A stretch of 64,000 nt of DNA. Source: the human T2T-CHM13v2.0 reference genome, Homo sapiens. The translations under genes were made by a program, and so were the position numbers. Shown here piece after piece: positions 57,308 to 64,000 of the stretch. Under the pieces are notes generated by a model. It made no database searches. It worked only from the letters and a program-made list of their open reading frames with translations, and was not told the DNA's origin. Position 1 is the stretch's first letter. The number at the start of each line of letters is the position of its first letter. Where the stretch lies: assembly GCF_009914755.1 (NCBI RefSeq), contig NC_060943.1; one strand, 5' to 3'.

Positions 57308-57823
57308 GGTACCTGCATTTTCCTTGCTTGGGCAGCAGGACTGGGCATTTCTGATTCACAGCCCTGAGTATGATAATTGAGAGTATGAGAGTTGTATGCT
57401 CATTTTGGGCAAATACTCAAAGCAGGTAGCTTTTTATGTGTCTTCCTATCACATACGATTGCTTTCTTGGGCCTGTTCAAGGTACCATGTAAGAAATTTA
57501 AGGATTCAGTCATTTGTTGTACAAACATTTATTGAGTACCTACTAAGTGCCAGGCGCTGTTCTAGGGTCTGAGGATTCTGTGGTGGCCCAGGCAGACACA
57601 ACTTCACAACCCCCCATGACGTAGATGCTGTTATCCCCTTTTAACAGAGGAAGAAACTGAAGCCTGCAGAGGTTAGGTAATTGAAGATGTTCACTTTCAT
57701 ACATTCACATAGCTAGAAAATGGCCAAGCCAGGGTTTGATAACAGGTCTTTGTACTTCCCAGACATGCCCTTAAGACACTGCACTGTCTTTCAAAAAACA
57801 AACAAACAAAAACACTCACCCCC

Positions 57824-58820
57824 CTGTATTACTTGTGGCTGTGTAACAAGTTACCCCCAAACTCAGTTGCTTAAAGCAACAATTATTTACTATTTTACAC
57901 AGTTTCTGAGGGTCAGGAATGGGGCAGTGGCATGGCTGTGGCTCAAGATCTTCAGTCTTCTCAGGGCTTCCCAGGCTGCAGAATCCCTTCTGAGAGCCTC
58001 ACACAGTGGTTGGTGGTGGGATGCCTTAACTCCTTACTGACATTGGTGGGAGGCTTCAGCTGCTGGTCAGATGGGCCTCTCCAAAGGACTCTGCAGGGCA
58101 GCTGGCTTCCTCCAAAGTGAGTAATCCAAGGGAAAAAGAGGGAGTGTGCCCAGGACCAAAGCTGTGATCTTTATAACCTTTTTGTCTTTTTTTTCCCCCT
58201 AAATTTCTTATTGTGCTAAAATACACATAACATAAAATTTGCCATCTTAACCATTTTTAAGTGTGCAGTTGAGTGGCATTAAATGCATTCCTAATGTGCA
58301 GCGCCACCACCATCCATCTCCAGAACTCTTTGATCTTGTAAAACTGAAACTCTGCAGCCATTAAACAAACACTTTCCATCCCCCTCCCCTCCGCCCCTGG
58401 CAGCCGCCATTCCACAAGTCTCTATAAATTTGACTTGATACTTCATTTAAATCATGGAATCGTGCAGTAGTTTTACTTCTGTGTCTGGCTTATTTCGCTG
58501 AGCATAATGTCCCCAAGGTTCACCCTTGTAGCATGTGTCAGAATTTTTTTTTTTTAAAGGCGGAATAATATCCCATTGTATGCATAGACTGCATTTTGCT
58601 TATCCACTCGTGCTTACGTACACTTGGGTTGCTTCCACCTTTTGGCGATTGTGAATAGTGAGTGTGCATATAACCTTTCCTTGGAAGTGACACCACACTA
58701 ACCTCTGCTGTATGTTGTTGATCACACAGAATCACCCTGGCACAGTGAAGGGGCTACATAAGGCTGTGGATACCAGGAACTGGGGATCATTCGGGGCTGT
58801 CTTGGAGGCTGCCAACACAC
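57824..58820 (-). mobile_element. MLT1F-like LTR interrupted by an antisense L1MB 3' fragment (about 58185-58660)
   Basis: TGTAACAAGTTACCCCCAAACTCAG...; resumes TTGGAAGTGAC...GGGGATCATTCGGGGCTGTCTTGGAGGCTGCC. Confidence 0.72.
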
Positions 58821-59369
58821 ACACACACACATACACATAAAACATGAAAATATTCACAGTGTCACTCCTCTGATACAGCTGCTGTTCACATTTTGACACA
58901 TTTCCTTCCATCTTTTTCCTGTGTATTGTTTTCATGTGGTTGAGATAAAATGGTTATTTAGAATTCTGGAAACCCAGAAGCAACTCTACATGGAAAAGCT
59001 CTGCATAATCTTGTAATGAAAATAGCTATGTAATTGGCCATGGGGGTAGGCTATTATTTAATGAATCCCATGACATGGATGTTATGGTTGTCCAAAGGCT
59101 TGCCCATATAAATAAAATGGAGTGGACATCTTTGTGCATGAAGCTTTGCCCAATTTTTGGATTATCTTGTTGGGATAGATTTCCAGAAGTAAAATGTCTG
59201 AACATTTTAAACACATAAAATGTGTAATATTAACCTTTTAATTGAAGAAACAATAGGTAAAACGCACCTATTTGAAAATTAGTAAACTGGGAAAATGAAT
59301 TCTCCCACTTCCCCTCCCCATCCTGAAACTACTGGCATCACCTGCTCTTACCAGATTCTATTTTGGTTA

Positions 59370-60350
59370 AGAGCTTTATTGAGGTATAATTCACGTATCG
59401 TAAAATCCATCCATATAAAGTAGACACATTAATATCCAGTGCTTTTTAGTTTATTTACAGTTATGCAACCATCACCACAATATTTTAGAAAATTTTTACC
59501 ACTCCAAAAAGAAACCCCATACCCATTGGCAGTCACTCCCCATTTCTCTCCAACCCACCCTCACCCCTAGGCAACCACACATCTACCTTCATTCTATTTT
59601 GCCTATTCCGGACATTGTATATAAATGAGGCATACGATATGGATTTTGCCTGTCCCGGACATTGTGTATAAATGAGGCATACGATACAGATTTTGCCTGT
59701 TCCGGACATTGTCCATAAATGAGGCATACGATATGGATTTTGCCTGTTCTGGACATTGTACATAAATGAGCCATACGATATGGATTTTGCCTGTTCTGGA
59801 CATTGTACATAAATGAGGCATACGATATGGATTTTGCCTGTCCCGGACGTTGCATATAAATGAGGCATACGATATGGATTTTGCCTGTTCCGGACATTGT
59901 ACATAAATGAGGCATACGGTATGGATTTTGCCTGTTCTGGACATTGTACATAAATGAGGCATACGATATGGATTTTGCCTATTCCGGACATTGTGTACAA
60001 ATGAGGCATACGATATGGTCTTCTGTGTCCGGCATCTTTCACTTGGTGTCATGTTTTCCAGGTTCCTTCATGTTGCAGCGTGTGTCAGAGCTGTCGTGTG
60101 GACGAACCACATTGTTTATCCATTCGTCAGGAGATGGACATTTGAGTCGTTTCCACTTTGGGACTATTGCGAGTAACATTGCTATGAGCATCAGTGTATA
60201 GTTTTTGTGTGGCACTCTGTTTTCATTTTTCTTAGATATCTACCAAGAATGGAAGTGCTAGGTCATAAGGTAACTCTGTGTTTATTCACTTGAGGAAATG
60301 CCAGACTGTCTTCCAAAGCAGCTGAACCATTTTACATCCCCACCAGCTGT
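59370..60350 (-). mobile_element. L1MB 3' end, antisense, hosting a minisatellite
   Basis: GCTTTATTGAGGTATAATTCAC...CCCTAGGCAACCAC...GATGGACATTTGAGT. Confidence 0.85.
59597..60018. repeat. 47-bp minisatellite, about 9 copies
   Basis: Unit TTTTGCCTGTTCCGGACATTGTACATAAATGAGGCATACGATATGGA; 47-aa periodicity in the minus-strand ORFs (3 units = 141 nt). Confidence 0.95.
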
Positions 60351-61801
60351 GCATTCTTACCAGTTTCTTGCATTCACTTCCATAAAGAGGTCTGCACCTG
60401 TATAAGCACATATGTGTAAATTTCCCTTTATTATTTCCTCTTATGGAAATGTTAACAAACTAGACACACTGTTCTGGGCATTGATCTGTTTTTTCATGTA
60501 ACAGTATATTCGGGAGATCATTCTGCACCTGCAGCTAAGGGGCTGCCCCCTTTTTTTTTGTTATGGCTGTGTGTATTCCACTGTGGTGGATTCACTGACC
60601 TGATTTATCCAAACCCCTACTGATGGCCATTTGGGATGTGTTCAGTCTTTTTACTTCTTCATCTGATACTGTAATAAATATCCTTACACATCTATGTTTT
60701 TGCATGTGTATTAATATATCTGAATTAGTCTAAAGTGTTCAAAAGAATTTGAATATTAGTTTTGATAGATTTTGCTAAATGCCACTCCATAGACATTGTC
60801 CCAGTCTGTTCTCCTATCAGGAGTGTCAGAGAGGAATGTTTCAGTATTTGAGTTGGAGAGAGTATTTCCTTTAGAGAGGAATGTTGTTGCAGTATTTGTC
60901 CTTTTGTGACTGGCATATTTCATGGAGCAGAATGTCCTCAAGGTTCACCCATGTTGTAGCATGTGTCAGAATTTCTTTCCTTATTAAGTCTGAATGAGAT
61001 TTCATTGTATATAGAGACCACATTTTCTTCTTCTTTTTGTCTGTTAGTGTACACTTGTTGCTTCCACCTTTTGTCTATTGTGAATAGTGCTGTTAGGAAC
61101 ATGGGTGTGCAAATACAGAGTGCACCTGTAAAATTCTAAATTAGATTCTGTCCCTCTCCTGCTCAGACCTTCCAAAGAATGAATAAGAAGGAGCCAGCTT
61201 AGGCCAGACCTGAAGGAAGAGCATTTTGGGCAGAAGAAACAGCTAGTGCAAGTTCCCTGGGGGATATTCGAGGAGAGAAGGCAGGCTGGCAGGGCTGGAG
61301 CAGAGCACAAGGGGCAGAGCAGTTGTGGGGACAGTGTGGGGGTCAGAGGTCAGAGTCAGGACTACATGTATGGGCACCACAAGTTTTCATTACCTGCCAC
61401 TCTGGGTGGTTCGTGAGAGGCAGCAGCCTGCAAGGATGAGGACTCGGGCTCTGGAGACAGCCCATGAGGTTCAAAGCCTGGCTGTCCCACGCAGTAGCTG
61501 TGTGCTTTGGTCCAGGAACCTACCCTGTCTGTGCCTTGGTTTCTTTTATCTCTACCTTCCAGCCTCCCTCCAGTGCCCCCTATTGACAGAGCTTCACAGG
61601 GAGTAGCTGCTAAGGCAGAAACATCACGGGATCGCAGAGTCAAAGCCCGCAGATCTCTGTGCAGAGTGTGGAAGGGGGGCTTTTGGGGATGAAAGACAAT
61701 CACTTAATCACTTTTAAACAGGCATACTATATTATAATGTTAGCACCTGACTCGTAGGTCTGTTTTAAGTTAATGATGACTGAATCAATATGTGCCAGCA
61801 C

Positions 61802-63080
61802 GGTATCTATTTCTCAAGGCTGCTGTAAATAAGTACCACAGACTGTGCAGCTTAAACAAAGGACATTTATTCTGTCACAGTTCTGGAGGCTGGAAGTCCC
61901 TGATCAAAGTATCCACAGGACCACGCTCCCTCTGAAGGCTCAAGGGAAGGCTCTGTTCCAGGCCTGTCTCCCACCTGCTGGCAAGTTCCCTGACTTGTGG
62001 CAGCATAACTCCATTCTTCACACAGCCTTGTCCCTGTGTACATGTCTCTCTCTGTCCATGTTTTTCCTTTCTGAAATGCAAATTAAAACCACAACACCAC
62101 CTTACCCCAGCCAGGATGGCCATTATTAAAAAGTCAAAAAACAATAGATTGGCGTGGATGTGGTGAAAAGGGAATGCTTATACACTGCTGCTGGGAATAT
62201 AAATTAGTACAACTTCTTTGGAAAACAGTATTGAGGTTTCTCAAAGAACTAAAAGTAGATCTCCCATTTGATCCAGCAATCTCACTACTTGGTGTCAACG
62301 CAAAGGAAAATAAGTATTTATATCAAAAAGACACCTGCACGTGTATGTTTATTGCAGCACGATTCACAATTGCAAATATATGCAGTCAACCTAAGTGCCC
62401 ATCAACCAATGAATAAGGAAAGTGCCCATCAACCCATAGATAAAGAAAATGTGATACACACACATATAATATATATGTATATCACATTTATACACATACA
62501 CACATACATACACACACATACCATGGAATACTACTCAGCCATAAAAAATAATGAAATAATGTCTTTTACAGCAACTTAGATGGAACTAGAGGCCATTATC
62601 ATAAGTTAAGTAACTCAGGAATGGAAAACCAAATGCTGTGTGTTCTCACTTATGAGTGGGAGCTAAGCGATGGATATACAGAGGCATACTGAGTGTTATA
62701 ATAGACTTTGGAAACTCAGAAGCGGGCAAGGTGGCAGGGGGGTGAGGGGTGAAAAACTACATATTGGGTACAATGTACACTATTCAGGTGATGGGTGCAC
62801 TAAAATCCCAGACTTTACCACTGTACATTTCATCCCTGTAACCAAAAATTACCTGTACCCCTAAAGCTATTGAGATTTTAAAAATTGAAAAACAAATTTC
62901 CCTTTTCTATAAGGACACCAGTCCTGTTGGATTAGGGCCCCCTACCCCCACTCCAGGATGACCTCATTTTAACTGATTTCATCTGCAGCAGCCCTGTTTC
63001 CAAATAAGGTCATGTTCTTGAGACCTTGAAGGTTGGGACATCAGCATATGAATTGGAGGGGCTCATAATTCAACCCATAC
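61802..63080 (-). mobile_element. MLT1B/C-like LTR split by an L1 insertion
   Basis: GGCTGCTGTAAATAAGTACCACAGACT...CACAGTTCTGGAGGCTGGAAGTCC; resumes TATAAGGACACCAGTC...TAATTCAACCCATA. Confidence 0.8.
62073..62895 (+). mobile_element. L1PA/L1PB (older primate L1) 3' end
   Basis: GAAATGCAAATTAAAACCACA...ATGGAATACTACTCAGCCATAAAA...ATATTGGGTACAATGTACACTATTCAGGTGATGGGTGCACTAAAATCCCAGAC. Confidence 0.88.
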
Positions 63081-63884
63081 CAACCACTTAGAGTAGTACC
63101 TGGCACATAGCAGCTGCTGCATAATGACTGGTGTTGCCTACCTCATCATCACCATCCACACTGCTCCGCCAGGTTCTTTCAGTCCACAGGCTTGTGACAT
63201 CTACCACAAAGTGCTGCTCCTTCCACGTGGACTTCTCTCCACTCCCCAGCAGTCTCATCTGCCTTTTCACCTTCGGGTCTTGATCCAAGCTCTCTTCCCT
63301 ACCCAGAATCTCCCACTAAAGACCCAACCACCAGTTCTCTTCACAGACTACTCAAAGTCTTCCTGGGCACCCCCCACAGCTGGCATTACTCAGGCACCTG
63401 GAGACCTTTGTTCATACCTTCATGATTGATTGCGTTTACCAAATTACGTGTCTTTGTCTGCCTCTGCCATGAGGAACTAGTTCTTGAACATTTTGTGTCT
63501 GTATCCCAGCACTGGGCTTGCTGCCTGGTGCTTAGTAGGGGCTCAGAAAAGTTAGCTGTGCCCCTGGATTCCATCTGGGGCTCTGCCTCTGCTGTGCTCC
63601 TAATGCATTTGTTGATTCACTGGGTTAGACTCACTTTGCCTTCAGTTCCTTTCCATCTGGTTCTCAGATCTGTGACCTTCTGTTCCAGAATGTTTCATAT
63701 GGGATTTATTTCTCTATCAGAGTGCCAACCCAATATAACTAGACACAGAGAAAACTGTGAGTGATCCCTTTAGAACTCTGCATCTTATTGAAATCACTTC
63801 AGCTACATCCCATCTGCCTCCCCTAAATCCTCTTGGCTTTTCTGGCCATTCCTCCACGCCTCTGTAAGGAGGGCCCTGCGATGA

Positions 63885-64000
<116 letters not shown>

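Noticed and set aside
59533-60052. Three overlapping repetitive Cys-containing ORFs; regular repeats that look superficially like a CRISPR array
   Set aside because: Head-to-tail 47-bp minisatellite with no unique spacers, in human DNA; the ORFs follow from a stop-free unit

Overview
Human (primate) genomic DNA from a KRAB zinc-finger cluster, recognised from the protein sequences as the chr19q13.43 segment ZFP28 - ZNF470 - ZNF71, all on the + strand. The window holds the last three coding exons of ZFP28 (degenerate second KRAB-A, KRAB-B, 14+1 C2H2 fingers). It holds all of ZNF470 (CpG-island promoter, two 5'UTR exons, ATG exon, KRAB-A, KRAB-B, 17 fingers; 717 aa by exon arithmetic) and the 5' part of ZNF71 (CpG island, exon 1, ATG exon, start of KRAB-A). 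Between ZNF470 and ZNF71 lies a decayed CD33-related Siglec pseudogene on the - strand (leader, V-set, C2-set), plus an inverted partial second copy. Most of the rest is Alu, L1, MIR/L2, MaLR/ERVL LTRs, DNA-transposon MITEs and a solo HERV-K(HML-2) LTR5. Main leads: (1) a MIR-derived ZNF470 exon whose inclusion or skipping turns a strong-Kozak upstream ATG into either a uORF or an in-frame N-terminal extension; (2) a nested non-Alu inverted duplication with 31-bp direct repeats in ZNF71 intron 2; (3) the orphan Siglec relic and its inverted duplicate; (4) a stop-free, 3n, 117-nt intron between ZNF470 KRAB-A and KRAB-B; (5) a matching L1ME+LTR16/ERVL cassette behind both ZFP28 and ZNF470; (6) an L1-derived 47-bp minisatellite. 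Exon boundaries were read by eye; repeat subfamily names and repeat boundaries are approximate and from recall, not from a search.
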